A stretch of 64,000 nt of DNA from Thecamonas trahens ATCC 50062 (Eukaryota; Protista; Apusomonadida), in assembly GCF_000142905.1 (NCBI RefSeq), contig NW_013657669.1, positions 372,001 through 436,000 of the forward strand. The letters run 5' to 3'. A program made the position numbers and the translations under genes. Position 1 is the first letter of the stretch, and each line of letters starts with the position of its first letter. Below are positions 33,956 through 45,100 of this stretch, one piece after another. A model generated the notes under the pieces. That model was given only the letters and a program-made list of their open reading frames with translations. It was not told the DNA's origin and ran no database searches.

Positions 33956-35064
33956 AGCGAGGGGTGGTGTGCGTGTGTGTGTGTGTGTGGAGGGGGGGNN
34001 NNNNNNNNNNNNNNNNNNNNNNNNNNNNNNNNNNNNNNNNNNNNNNNNNNNNNNNNNNNNNNNNNNNNNNNNNNNNNNNNNNNNNNNNNNNNNNNNNNNN
34101 NNNNNNNNNNNNNNNNNNNNNNNNNNNNNNNNNNNNNNNNNNNNNNNNNNNNNNNNNNNNNNNNNNNNNNNNNNNNNNNNNNNNNNNNNNNNNNNNNNNN
34201 NNNNNNNNNNNNNNNNNNNNNNNNNNNNNNNNNNNNNNNNNNNNNNNNNNNNNNNNNNNNNNNNNNNNNNNNNNNNNNNNNNNNNNNNNNNNNNNNNNNN
34301 NNNNNNNNNNNNNNNNNNNNNNNNNNNNNNNNNNNNNNNNNNNNNNNNNNNNNNNNNNNNNNNNNNNNNNNNNNNNNNNNNNNNNNNNNNNNNNNNNNNN
34401 NNNNNNNNNNNNNNNNNNNNNNNNNNNNNNNNNNNNNNNNNNNNNNNNNNNNNNNNNNNNNNNNNNNNNNNNNNNNNNNNNNNNNNNNNNNNNNNNNNNN
34501 NNNNNNNNNNNNNNNNNNNNNNNNNNNNNNNNNNNNNNNNNNNNNNNNNNNNNNNNNNNNNNNNNNNNNNNNNNNNNNNNNNNNNNNNNNNNNNNNNNNN
34601 NNNNNNNNNNNNNNNNNNNNNNNNNNNNNNNNNNNNNNNNNNNNNNNNNNNNNNNNNNNNNNNNNNNNNNNNNNNNNNNNNNNNNNNNNNNNNNNNNNNN
34701 NNNNNNNNNNNNNNNNNNNNNNNNNNNNNNNNNNNNNNNNNNNNNNNNNNNNNNNNNNNNNNNNNNNNNNNNNNNNNNNNNNNNNNNNNNNNNNNNNNNN
34801 NNNNNNNNNNNNNNNNNNNNNNNNNNNNNNNNNNNNNNNNNNNNNNNNNNNNNNNNNNNNNNNNNNNNNNNNNNNNNNNNNNNNNNNNNNNNNNNNNNNN
34901 NNNNNNNNNNNNNNNNNNNNNNNNNNNNNNNNNNNNNNNNNNNNNNNNNNNNNNNNNNNNNNNNNNNNNGGGAGGGAGGGGATGGCCATTGATGGTCATG
35001 TATGGTCATGGATGGATATGGATGGGGCGGTGCCTTGTGCCACACCGATGGCTGGTGTGTGATC

Positions 35065-35132
35065 TGTGGTCTATGGTCCATGGCTTGTGGTCTATGGTCC
35101 ATGGCTTGTGGTCTATGGTCCATGACCTGTGG
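35065..35132 (+). repeat. 21-nt tandem repeat TGTGGTCTATGGTCCATGGCT, ~3.2 copies
   Basis: Read directly. Confidence 0.9.
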
Positions 35133-35312
35133 CACTACTGCGGTGGCTGAATGTGGTCCAGCCCCTGGCTCACTCTCCCGTCTCTCCCCTCTCCACAGGT
35201 CACGCCCTCGTGACCTCCCCTGCCCCCCCCCCCCCCCTCCTTGCCACTCACTCCTCTTGACCCCCCCCCCCCCCTACCCCCACTGTGCTAATCCCTGTCA
35301 AACACTCTCGCC

Positions 35313-37127
35313 ATGCACCTCCGTCTCTCTACGGTTGCTGCCGTCCTCGCCCTCGCCGTCTTCGCCCTGTCGGCTCCGGCGACGGCTGCTGTTGCCGACT
35401 CTCACTCGGTTCTTGTCCTGCTGACCCACTCCCCGGCACAGCGGAGCGCCCTGCATGCCGCTGCACTGTATGCCTTTGGCAGCCACCCGTACCGCTCGGC
35501 GTCTGGCCTCGCCAAGCTTGTCGGCTCACCCAAGGCCACCATCGCCGCCGTTTCGGGTGCACTGGCGGCCAAGGCGCCCAGCGCCCGTGTTGTCGTCCTC
35601 CCCTCGGAGGACGCCATTCTTGTCTCGGGCCTCGATGCACCGACAGCAGCGGCGCTGGCAGCTACTGCTGAGCCGACCGCCCCGATGCATGCACCGGCTG
35701 TCCTGCACCCAGCCATCGAGGCCGCGTTTGTCATCCACGGCGAGGCCGATCCGACTGCCCGCGCCCAGGCGCTGCCGGAGGTCGAGGCCACAGGCGCTGC
35801 GACCGGCGCCGGCGCTGGCGATGCCTCGGGCGTCCCGCCCCAGCTCCAGCGCGAGCTGCTGGGCATCGATGCGAGCGTGCGTGGGCCCGGTGCGTCGGGC
35901 GTCCCGGTCATGGTCTGGGGCCCCGGCACGTTTGGCTACCTCGCCTCGGATCTGCAGCAGTACTACTCGCAGTGGGGCGTCAACAACTCGGTCTCGCTCC
36001 TCTCGCACCACGGCGCTGACGGCACGCCCGGCGGCGACAACTTTGGCGAGGGCACCCTCGACACGACCCAGTCGTCGGCTATCGGGCTCGGCGTCCCTAT
36101 CTGGGTCACCAACACCAACACCTCATCGGCCAACGAGGAGGGTCCGGGCTTTGGCTACGCTTTCCTCGGCTTCTCGACCATGCTTGCCGCCGCCGACGAG
36201 TCGAAGCTCCCGGGCGTGCTCTCGATGTCGCTCGGCTCGATCTCGTTCGAGGCGTGCTCGCGCATGTGCGAGACGCTTGTGGCTAAGCACCCCATCTTCT
36301 CGCTCGACTCGTGCAACGAGTTTGTCCGCTTCAAGCAGCGTCAGGTCTGCATGTTTCCTTCGGCGGCCGTCGCGGACCGCATCGAGGCCGAGCTTGCCAA
36401 GATCACTCTCCGCGGCGTGTCCATGGTGGCGGCGTCTGGCGACGGCGGCTCGCACTTTTCGTTCCAGCCCTTTGACCGCCTCTCGCTCATTGGCGACGCA
36501 CTCAACAAGATTGCCTGCGCCACCAACTCGCCGACCTACCCGGCGAGCTCGGCATATGTCCTTGGCGTCGGCGGGCTCAACCCGCCGGCGTCTGCGTCGT
36601 CCAGCAGCCAGCCGTCGTGGCCGGCCTCTGGCGGCGGCTTCTCGTGGATCATCCCGCGTCCGGCCTACCAGGACGCGGCTGTCAAGGCGTACCTTGCCAA
36701 CTCGGACCTCCCACCTGCGACCGCTTTTAACGCCTCTGGCCGCGCGTACCCCGACGTGGCTGTTCTCGGAAACGACGTTCCCATGGTCATCCAGGGCAGC
36801 GCGGTCGTGAGCGGCGGTACAAGCGCGAGCGCCCCCGCTATGGGCGGCTTCATGTCGCTCATCGTCAACGCGCGCGCCGCGGCCGGCAAGTCCAATTCGG
36901 GTCGCCTCGGCCTGTTGCCGGCGCTGGTCTACTCGCTCGACGCGGCCCACCCCGGCGAGCTCTTCGACGAGCCGACCGACAACGGGTCGGCGTCGTCGGC
37001 CTGCACCTCGGCCGGCTTCTGCTGCCCGATCGACTCGTCGTTCCGGGCCGCCAACGGCTTTGACCCCATCACCGGCCTCGGCCGGCCTGTCTTCCCAGCC
37101 TGGCTCAAGTACATGTCAGAGGCGTGA
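35313..37127 (+). CDS. Sedolisin (S53) / tripeptidyl-peptidase I-like secreted or lysosomal protease
   Basis: Signal peptide, catalytic 'GEGTLD', oxyanion 'AASGDGG', 'SGGGFS', 'RAYPDV', nucleophile 'GGTSASAP', C-terminal 'GFDPITGLG'. Confidence 0.93.
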   Translation: MHLRLSTVAAVLALAVFALSAPATAAVADSHSVLVLLTHSPAQRSALHAAALYAFGSHPYRSASGLAKLVGSPKATIAAVSGALAAKAPSARVVVLPSEDAILVSGLDAPTAAALAATAEPTAPMHAPAVLHPAIEAAFVIHGEADPTARAQALPEVEATGAATGAGAGDASGVPPQLQRELLGIDASVRGPGASGVPVMVWGPGTFGYLASDLQQYYSQWGVNNSVSLLSHHGADGTPGGDNFGEGTLDTTQSSAIGLGVPIWVTNTNTSSANEEGPGFGYAFLGFSTMLAAADESKLPGVLSMSLGSISFEACSRMCETLVAKHPIFSLDSCNEFVRFKQRQVCMFPSAAVADRIEAELAKITLRGVSMVAASGDGGSHFSFQPFDRLSLIGDALNKIACATNSPTYPASSAYVLGVGGLNPPASASSSSQPSWPASGGGFSWIIPRPAYQDAAVKAYLANSDLPPATAFNASGRAYPDVAVLGNDVPMVIQGSAVVSGGTSASAPAMGGFMSLIVNARAAAGKSNSGRLGLLPALVYSLDAAHPGELFDEPTDNGSASSACTSAGFCCPIDSSFRAANGFDPITGLGRPVFPAWLKYMSEA

Positions 37128-37150
37128 GCATGGAATGAACTCACCGGTTT

Positions 37151-39049
37151 TTACGGCGGCTCAAGGTCGAGAGCTGCGGCCTTGGCGAGGACAACCAGGA
37201 CCTGCGCATACGTCATCGGAGGCGACGACCAGAACGGGAACGAGCCCTCGTGCGCAAACCCGGTGTACGGCGGGACGTGCTCGCCGTAGAACGTGGTGTT
37301 GAGCATAGTGGCATAGGAATGCTTCGGCACCACGCCCTCCATGGCGCACACAAGCTCGTCAGTGAGCGCCGAGTCGGGCGCGGTGTGCGGGTCGACGGTC
37401 GTCCCGTTGAGGAACGCGTTGTAGTTGGAGGGGAAGAAGAACGGCAGGTCCATGCCCTTGACCGATCCGGAGAAGAACGCGTTTTGGGCCTTGGTTCGGT
37501 GCGGTAGTCCGTTGTGGGCGAGCCACGCGAGGCCGCCTCGAATCGCTGCCAGCACCTTGGACGGGGTGTGGGCAACGAGCGCGAGCGCGCCGCGCTGCGG
37601 CGAGACGCTCCAGCCGTTGATGAGGGCGTGGACGACAGTAGCAGTGGTGAAGACTCGGTCGTTGCCGTGCGGTTTCTTGCCACCGTCGCCGAGGAAGCCA
37701 TCCCAGTACAGGCCACCGTCGTCGGGCGCGACAGTAGCAGTGGCTAGGAGCTTGTCGGTGGCTGGCCCGCGAAAGGCGGGTGTGAGCAGATCGGCAACTG
37801 TTTCAAGCACCGGAAACGGCCGCGGCGCCGGTGCAGAGGAGAGCGCATGGACGGACCGCGAGACAAACCAGAGCATGGTCTCCACCGATGGGTAGTACGT
37901 CAGGCCCAGGTCCGGCCGCTCGTCAACGCGGCCGGACGAGATGGCCCACGCCAAGTACGCTGCAGAGTCTGCGTAGATAGACTGCAGCTCATGGGAGAAC
38001 CACGAGGAGGCGATGTCAAAGTCGGCGAGCGCAGCGTAGGTCATCGAGATGAGGTTGTTGGCAATGACGGTGCAGTCAACGTTGTTGACGTTGAACGGCA
38101 TAGTGACCCGAGCGGCGAGTAGCTCCTTGTCGAGCTGGAGATCCATGACCCAGGTCGGGATGAGCGAGATATTCTTGGCAGCTTGCGAGGTGAGGAACTC
38201 GTGCGCAAAGTAGTACGTCCGTGGGTCGATGAGCCCAGCATGGGTCGTGTTGGCGTGGGGACGGTAGGCGTAGCGGACAATAAGATCGGCCCAGGCGACC
38301 GGCGACGGGTTGTGCCGGCGCCAGCTGGCCTCGGCTGAGGAAAAGGGACCATCTGTCTCGGCGAGCATGGCGCCGAGCAGAATGTTGAGCGCCGAGTCAT
38401 CAAAGTCGGATGGGATGCGGAAGGCGGCGGCCGAGTTGGTGATGGCGTCAGCGATCTCTTCAGCGTACGGCAGCAGGGCCTTCAGATGCAGGGCCGAAAG
38501 GAGTCGCTCGACGGCGTCGGCGGCGTCCCTGCCACCGTCGATGACGCCAAACAGGTTGGGCGGGCTCGCCTCAAAAATGGAGGCGTTAACCGGCGACGGG
38601 CTCTGCGGCCAGAAGACCATCGAACCAGAGAAGAGCTTGTTCTTGTCAGCAAAACCAACGACGGCCTCAACAGCAGCATCGATGGCTTCCGGCGCAAGCG
38701 GACCCGTGCTTTGCAGCTCGGCCGGGAGAAAGGGCCGAGCATCGAGAAGTGCCTGGACCACAAACATGGTCACAAAGCAGTTGGAGTCGTCGACCGCCAG
38801 GTTGTCACGGATAAAGTCGGCGAGCGGCGATCCCTCAAAGTTAAGGCGGATGTACGAGGCATACTCTCCGCGGATATGAAAGAGAGACTTGGGCGGGGCG
38901 TATGGCGTTGATGCCTGAGCCTGGTGCGCGGCGATGGCGTCGAGGAGGGTGGGGAGGGTGGGGGCGGTGGCGGTGACGGCGGCGGGGGTGGCGGCGGAGG
39001 CTAGGACGACGAGGACGAGAAGGGCGAGTGTGGTCAGTGGGTGTAACAT
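37151..39049 (-). CDS. Secreted uncharacterised protein with a PxDxDDSA motif (class II terpene cyclase / alpha-alpha toroid-like)
   Basis: Signal peptide MLHPLTTLALLVLVVLASA; 632 aa with gene-like codon usage; motifs FWPQ, IPSDFDDSAL, NNVDCTVIANNL, YYPS. Confidence 0.75.
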   Translation of the reverse strand: MLHPLTTLALLVLVVLASAATPAAVTATAPTLPTLLDAIAAHQAQASTPYAPPKSLFHIRGEYASYIRLNFEGSPLADFIRDNLAVDDSNCFVTMFVVQALLDARPFLPAELQSTGPLAPEAIDAAVEAVVGFADKNKLFSGSMVFWPQSPSPVNASIFEASPPNLFGVIDGGRDAADAVERLLSALHLKALLPYAEEIADAITNSAAAFRIPSDFDDSALNILLGAMLAETDGPFSSAEASWRRHNPSPVAWADLIVRYAYRPHANTTHAGLIDPRTYYFAHEFLTSQAAKNISLIPTWVMDLQLDKELLAARVTMPFNVNNVDCTVIANNLISMTYAALADFDIASSWFSHELQSIYADSAAYLAWAISSGRVDERPDLGLTYYPSVETMLWFVSRSVHALSSAPAPRPFPVLETVADLLTPAFRGPATDKLLATATVAPDDGGLYWDGFLGDGGKKPHGNDRVFTTATVVHALINGWSVSPQRGALALVAHTPSKVLAAIRGGLAWLAHNGLPHRTKAQNAFFSGSVKGMDLPFFFPSNYNAFLNGTTVDPHTAPDSALTDELVCAMEGVVPKHSYATMLNTTFYGEHVPPYTGFAHEGSFPFWSSPPMTYAQVLVVLAKAAALDLEPP

Positions 39050-39278
39050 ATATAAATGCGTGTGTGTGCGTGCGTGTGTGTGTGTGAAGAGAGAGGGGGG
39101 GGAGAGGGGTGGTGTGGTGTGGTGGTTGGGAAGGGGGGGGGGGGTGGGGGGCTGCACGGGTGCATGCACATCAGCGTTGGTGAGCGTGTCACGGCCAGCA
39201 AGAGAGCGAAGGAGAGCGGCAGATACCACCTCTGCCACGGCTAGTACATCTGATTCTGGATGGTCGGGGCTGCATGTG

Positions 39279-40529
39279 TCATGTTAGTGTGGGCGGATGG
39301 GGTGATCGCCGTATGGCAAAGAGGGAGACGGTGAGGATGGTGCCGCAGATGAGGCCGAGGGCAAAGCCTGAGACAAAGGAGGACCAGCCACCCGAGGTGA
39401 TTCCGGAAGTGGTGGACGCGGTGGAGGGCGAAGATGCCGACGGAAATGTGGACGCCGATGTGGTGTCGTATGGGGTGTGGGCCGGGGCCGAGAGCGTATC
39501 GTAGCCGAGGCGTTGGCCGATGGGCGAGCCGGGCACCTCCATGGCCTTGAGCAGCTCGTCGGGCGCCGAGACCGGATCGGAGCCGCGTGACGAGCTTTCA
39601 GACTCATGAAGACGGAGCTGGTCGTAGCTGGGACGCGAGGCAAGAGTACTCGACGAGGCGCGGGCAGTGTCAAAGGCGAGCATGGAGGCGACGTCGTCAT
39701 CGAGCGAAGCCAGGCCGAGGCGTGGTGCGGTGCACTGAGGCTGCGACGAGGCCGCGACCCAGGTGCGGGCTGATGCGTGGGCGGCGTCGGCAGCAAGGAC
39801 GGCACGGCGGTCTGGGTCTGCGAGGGCGGCAGCGGCGGCCGAGTCGGGCGCGCGCGGCGGTGGAACGTCCTTGACGACGTGAAGAGCGGCGAGGCGGACC
39901 CAGGCCGGAGCAAAGGAGACGCGGGCAAGGGCGGGCGAAGGCGCATCGAGGCGGGCCGACGATGGCACATCGCGGCGGAGGACAAATGCGTCGGTGGCGA
40001 GGACAATGGGCGGAGCGTGGAGCGGAGTGATGGTGAAGACGAGCCGGAAGCGCGAGCCATCGAGCCGCAGGAAGACCGGGACACGGATGTCCGGCGAGTC
40101 GTGGTGGAAAACAGCTTCAGACACCGACTTGCCTGCCGTCCACAACGACCGCTGGGCACCGCTGCGGGGTGCAGATGAGCCAGTGTGGCCCGCGGGCGAG
40201 AGCGAGTCGAGGGCGACGGTGCGGGGGCCTGCGCCTGTAGTGACGGCGGCGTCTGCGGCAGGCATGTCGTTTGCGGCAAGAACCATGGTGACGGGCGGAT
40301 GTGCGACGCGGGCATCTTCGGGAACAAGGGCGTATGTGACCACAAGCGAGGCGAGGTGGTACGGGCGCGGGCGGAGGACAAGCGAGGCGTCCGGGAGGGT
40401 GAACGACGGCGCGCGTTGGGCCTCACCAGCCGGCACGGTGTTGGCAAAGGGCGGGATGGAGAGGACGACCGTGGTGGCCACCCCCTCCAGCTCCACTATG
40501 GGCCCGCCTCCACTCCGGCGTCGGCTCAT
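39279..40529 (-). CDS. Hypothetical tail-anchored membrane protein
   Basis: 416-aa ORF from MSRRRSGG. Beta-rich N-terminal half, Ser-rich linker, single C-terminal TM 'FVSGFALGLICGTILTVSLFAI' followed by RR. Confidence 0.65.
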   Translation of the reverse strand: MSRRRSGGGPIVELEGVATTVVLSIPPFANTVPAGEAQRAPSFTLPDASLVLRPRPYHLASLVVTYALVPEDARVAHPPVTMVLAANDMPAADAAVTTGAGPRTVALDSLSPAGHTGSSAPRSGAQRSLWTAGKSVSEAVFHHDSPDIRVPVFLRLDGSRFRLVFTITPLHAPPIVLATDAFVLRRDVPSSARLDAPSPALARVSFAPAWVRLAALHVVKDVPPPRAPDSAAAAALADPDRRAVLAADAAHASARTWVAASSQPQCTAPRLGLASLDDDVASMLAFDTARASSSTLASRPSYDQLRLHESESSSRGSDPVSAPDELLKAMEVPGSPIGQRLGYDTLSAPAHTPYDTTSASTFPSASSPSTASTTSGITSGGWSSFVSGFALGLICGTILTVSLFAIRRSPHPPTLT

Positions 40530-40713
40530 GGGCAGCGGGGGGTGGGGGGCGGGTAGACGGGTGGTTGGAGGGGGGGTATGGTGGGGGTATGGGGTGGTGG
40601 GGGGGGGNNNNNNNNNNNNNNNNNNNNNNNNNNNNNNNNNNNNNNNNNNNNNNNNNNNNNNNNNNNNNNNNNNNNNNNNNNNNNNNNNNNNNNNNNNNNN
40701 NNNNNNNCCGTAC

Positions 40714-40727
40714 GTGTGTGTGTGTGT

Positions 40728-40787
<60 letters not shown>
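40714..40787 (+). repeat. (TG)n microsatellite
   Basis: Read directly. Confidence 0.95.
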
Positions 40788-40788
<1 letters not shown>

Positions 40789-40956
40789 ATGATCGTGGCG
40801 TGGCATGCCATGCCCTGGCTGCGCGTCACCGTCACCAATTCCTCCCACCTCCCTCCCCTCCCCTCCCCTTCCCCCCTCCCCTTCCCCCCTCCCTGCTCTC
40901 TCTCTCTCTCTCTATCTCTCTATCCCCCCCTCTTCCTCTCCTCCCACATTACACGA

Positions 40957-41934
40957 ATGGGCAACGGACCAAGCACTCCGCTGGAGATGGCTCGGGCAGA
41001 GGTCGACCGCCTTGTCCCGTTGTGCGCACACGGCGACGACGAGGCCTGCTACGGTGTGGCTCAGGCCTGGCTCGAGGTGGCCGAGGCGCTGCGGCTCGAG
41101 GCGGCAGAGGCGGCAGGGGCAGCTGGAGGTGGCGGATCGACCGCGGCGGAGCGATTGCCCACGGATCCACGTGAACGGGCCGCGCTCGGCACGGTTGCGT
41201 TGGTGGTGACGGCAGCAGAGGCGACAGTGATGGCAGCCAAGGCGCTGAACAACGCGTGCCACCGTGGTGTGGGCGAGGCGTGCTACGACCTCGCCGGCAT
41301 GTACTTTGATGGCGATGGCATTCCCCAGAACCAAGTCGAGGCCCGCAGGCTCTGTGCCCGCGGATGCAGCTTGGGCCACTCCGGATCGTGCTTCAACGAG
41401 GGCACCATGGCGCTGCACGGCGTCGGCGGCCCGGTCGACCGCGCCCGGGCCATGGCCGTTTACGCCACAGCTTGCGATGGTGGCCTCACCCGCGCGTGCT
41501 TCAACCTCGCGCTGGCACACGACGACCCTGACGAGGTTGATGCCGCCACAGGTGCCGTTGTCCATTCCCGCGACGCCGCCAGGGCCGCCGATCTCATGGC
41601 TGCTGCCTGCGACGACGGCCTGCCCGACGCATGCACCGCCCTTGCAGTCTCACTCGCCTCGGGCGATGGTGTCGCCCGCGACCTCGACCGTGCCATTGCC
41701 CTCCTCGACGATATGTGCCAGCTCGCTGTGAGCAGCAAGGACGAGGTCGGCGGCGGAGCTTGGGACGCGCCCTGCATCAACCTCGCCATGGCCCACTCCA
41801 AGGCCGGTGCACCGGCCGCCATGCTCGCCGTCCTCAACTCCACCTGCGACGCTGGCTCGGTTGAGGCCTGCGATCTCCGCGAGTACTTTGAGGCGTTCCC
41901 CCCCAAGCCGGCTGCGCCGTCAACCGAGGAGTAA
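40957..41934 (+). CDS. Cys-rich Sel1-like repeat protein (COA7/Hcp-like)
   Basis: Repeated 'ACxxG...AC(Y/F)xL(A/G)' units, e.g. 'ACHRGVGEACYDLAGMYFDGDG' and 'ACDGGLTRACFNLA'. Starts MGNGPS. Confidence 0.85.
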   Translation: MGNGPSTPLEMARAEVDRLVPLCAHGDDEACYGVAQAWLEVAEALRLEAAEAAGAAGGGGSTAAERLPTDPRERAALGTVALVVTAAEATVMAAKALNNACHRGVGEACYDLAGMYFDGDGIPQNQVEARRLCARGCSLGHSGSCFNEGTMALHGVGGPVDRARAMAVYATACDGGLTRACFNLALAHDDPDEVDAATGAVVHSRDAARAADLMAAACDDGLPDACTALAVSLASGDGVARDLDRAIALLDDMCQLAVSSKDEVGGGAWDAPCINLAMAHSKAGAPAAMLAVLNSTCDAGSVEACDLREYFEAFPPKPAAPSTEE

Positions 41935-42176
41935 ACCATGTCAGCCAGTCGCCAGCCGAGGAAACGGCGCATGTCACACACCGGCGAATGGCGACCGCCA
42001 CCGTCGCCCACAACAGCGACAGCGACAGACACCAATACCAAGACCAAGACCAAGACGAACCACTCGTCTCACCCCACCACACCCTACCCTACCCCACCCC
42101 ACCCCACCCCACCCCACCCCACCCCCTACTATTTCTGCCACACACCCGTACACCCTCCCACCCCCCCGCACACACC

Positions 42177-45100
42177 ATGTTCCAGGTAAGTGCCTCCCGC
42201 CCCTCTCCCTCCCCCTCCTCCCCCCTTCCCCCTTCCCGCCTTGTCCACCACTCACTCCCCCCCCCCCCCCCCCCCCCTACCCCACACACGCACACAGTGG
42301 CGAAAGTTCCAGTTCTTCAATGAACAGGTGGTGCGCGACGAGGACGAGCCGGCGGCTCCGCACCGTGGGCTGGAAGACGTCGTCCGCGACGTGGCCTGTG
42401 CCAGTTCCGGCAGAGGCAAGCTCCTGGTTGGAGGTACCGGTGGCATTGTGCGGGTCGTGGATCGCGCCTTTGTCATCGATGTGTATCAGCTGTACAACAA
42501 GTCGATCACACACATCCACCAGCTCAAGTCGGCTGATCTGCTCGTCACCGTCGGCGTCGACTCGGATCTCGGCGAGGCCGTGCTCAAGATCTGGTCGTTT
42601 GTCAAGCTCGACCGGCACGGCTCGCCCACCGAACTCAAAAGCTGGCCCATCCGTGCGCCGTCGTCGCGGGCATCGTCGGCACTGGCAGCGGCACCACTGC
42701 AGGTAACCACGCTTGCGGTGCTTGAAAACTTGTCGCAGATTGCGCTCGGGCTCGCCGACGGCCGGGTCCTGGTGGTGCGTGGCAACGACGTCTCGCGCGA
42801 CCGGTCGCCCAAGCTGGTCTTCCTCACTCCGCCGGCCGAAGTGCCTGCGCCGGTGACCGGGCTGGGCTGGCGGATGTTTTCGGGTGCCCCGTTGCTGTTT
42901 GTGGTGACGACATCGCTTGTGACAGCCTTCTACACCGGGCACGGCGACCATGCCGACACGCTCGACTACCAGGGCGTGGGGCTCGGCAACACGGTGATGA
43001 CGTCGGACGGCTCGATTGTGCTGGGGCGGCCCGAGGCGTGCTTTTTCTACGAGGCCGAGGGCCGCGGCCCGTGCTTTGCCTTTGACGTTGATGGTGAGAA
43101 GAAGATGCTCTTCTGGTTCCGCACTTTTCTTGGCGTGGTGTACCAGGTTGTGCGTGGCTCCAAGACCCTCGACTGGCTGTACATCTACGATCTCAAGAAC
43201 CAGCTGGTGGCGTACAACGCCAAGTTCAAGTCGCCGGTCACCCACGTGCTCTCCGAATGGGGCATGCTCCTTGTCTTTACCGCCGACGGCGAGGTTCACC
43301 AGCTCCTCGAGCGTGATACCCAGACCAAGCTCGACTTGCTGTTCAAGAACCACCTCTATCCGAGGGCAATTGACCTGGCGCAGGCACAGGGTATGAACGC
43401 TGCGAACCTTGCGGAGATCTACCGGCGATACGGTGACCACCTGTACTCGAAGCGCGACTACACACGGGCCATGGCCCAGTACCTGCACACCATCGGCTCG
43501 CTCGAGCCGTCGTACGTCATCCGCAAGTACCTCGACGAGCAGCGGATCCACAACCTGACCACGTATCTACAGGCGCTCCACGAGAAGCGGCTGGCCAACG
43601 AGGACCACACCACGCTCCTCCTCAACTGCTACACCAAGCTCAAGGACGAGTCCAAGCTCGACGAGTTTGTCAAGCAGCCGGCCCACGAGGTGGCCTTTGA
43701 CGTCCCCACCGCCATCAAGGTCTGCCGCCAGGCCGGGTACTCGATGCACGCGCTCTTTCTCGCCCGCCGCTTCAACGAGCACGACGCGTTCCTCAAGATC
43801 CAGCTCGAGGACCTCTCGACCGGCAACAACGACGGGTACGTCCAGGCCCTCGAGTACATCCAGACGCTCTCGTTTGACGAGGCCAAGGCCAACATGATCA
43901 AGTATGGCAAGACGCTTGTCGAGCGGCTCCCGGAGCTCACCACCCAGGTTCTCATGGCGCTCTGCACCGACTACACGCCCAAGGCACCGGCCGGTGGACT
44001 CTCGTCGCGGCTCGACGACGACGACGACGATGGCTCACCGTCGCGCCGCCGCCGCCGCAAGAAGCGCGGCGCTGACGGCGGCGAGAGCACCGAGCCACTC
44101 CATGACGTCATGGCTGGGCCGTCGGGCGATGGACTTCCGCCGCCGTCGAGCGGTGGCGCACCGGTCCTCGACGACCGGGCCGCGCTGCTCGGCACGGCCG
44201 ACGTGGCGCCCGGCACCCGGACCGGCGTCTCGGTCTCGCACCGCAAGTCGTCGGCGGCGCCGACCATCCGACGGGCCGACGCCGAAGACTTTGTCCACAT
44301 CTTTGTCAACTCATCGTACTGGCTCACAGTCTTTCTCGAGTACCTCGTGTCCGAGCGTGTCTCGTCGTCGCCCACGGTGTACAACACGCTGCTCGAGCTG
44401 TACCTGACCGACGACGCCAAGTCTGACGTGCTCCGCGACTTGACCGAGGCGCAGATTGCGGCGGTGCGCGAGCACAAGGCGTCGCAGGCGATGGAGCTGC
44501 TGCGGAACCCCAACTCGCAGTACTCGGTGGAGCAGGCGCTCATTCTTTGCAAGATGTACGACTTTCGGCCCGGGACGCTTCTCCTGCTCGAGAAGCTGCG
44601 GCTGTTTGAGGAGATTGTGCAGTTTTACATGGAAGAGAACAACTATGAGGCCATTCTCTCGGTGTGCCGGATGCACGGTGAAAAGTCGCCAAACCTGTGG
44701 ATCAAGGTCCTTTCGTACTTTGCCACGCGGGCAGACGCCGGCCCGCACATCATTTCGGTCCTGGACGCGGTCGACTCGTCGAACCTCCTTCCGCCGCTGC
44801 TGGTGGTGCAGACGCTCGCCACGTCGGATGTGGCCACACTCGAGTGTGTCAAGGACTTTATCCAGGGCCGGCTCTCGGCGCAGAACGCGATGATCGACGA
44901 CGACACGGCGACCATCAAGTCGCTGCGCGAGGAGACACTCAGGATGCGGTCGGAGATCGAGGAGCTGCAGACGTCGGCCAAGATTTTCCAGCTCTCCAAG
45001 TGCTCGCGCTGCTCGTCGGCGCTTGATCTGCCGGCGGTCCACTTTCTCTGCATGCACTCGCTCCACCAGCGATGCCTTCTCGACTCGGAGGACGAGTGCC

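Noticed and set aside
33999-34969. Long ORFs spanning N runs here and at the other five gaps
   Set aside because: These are artefacts of assembly gaps.
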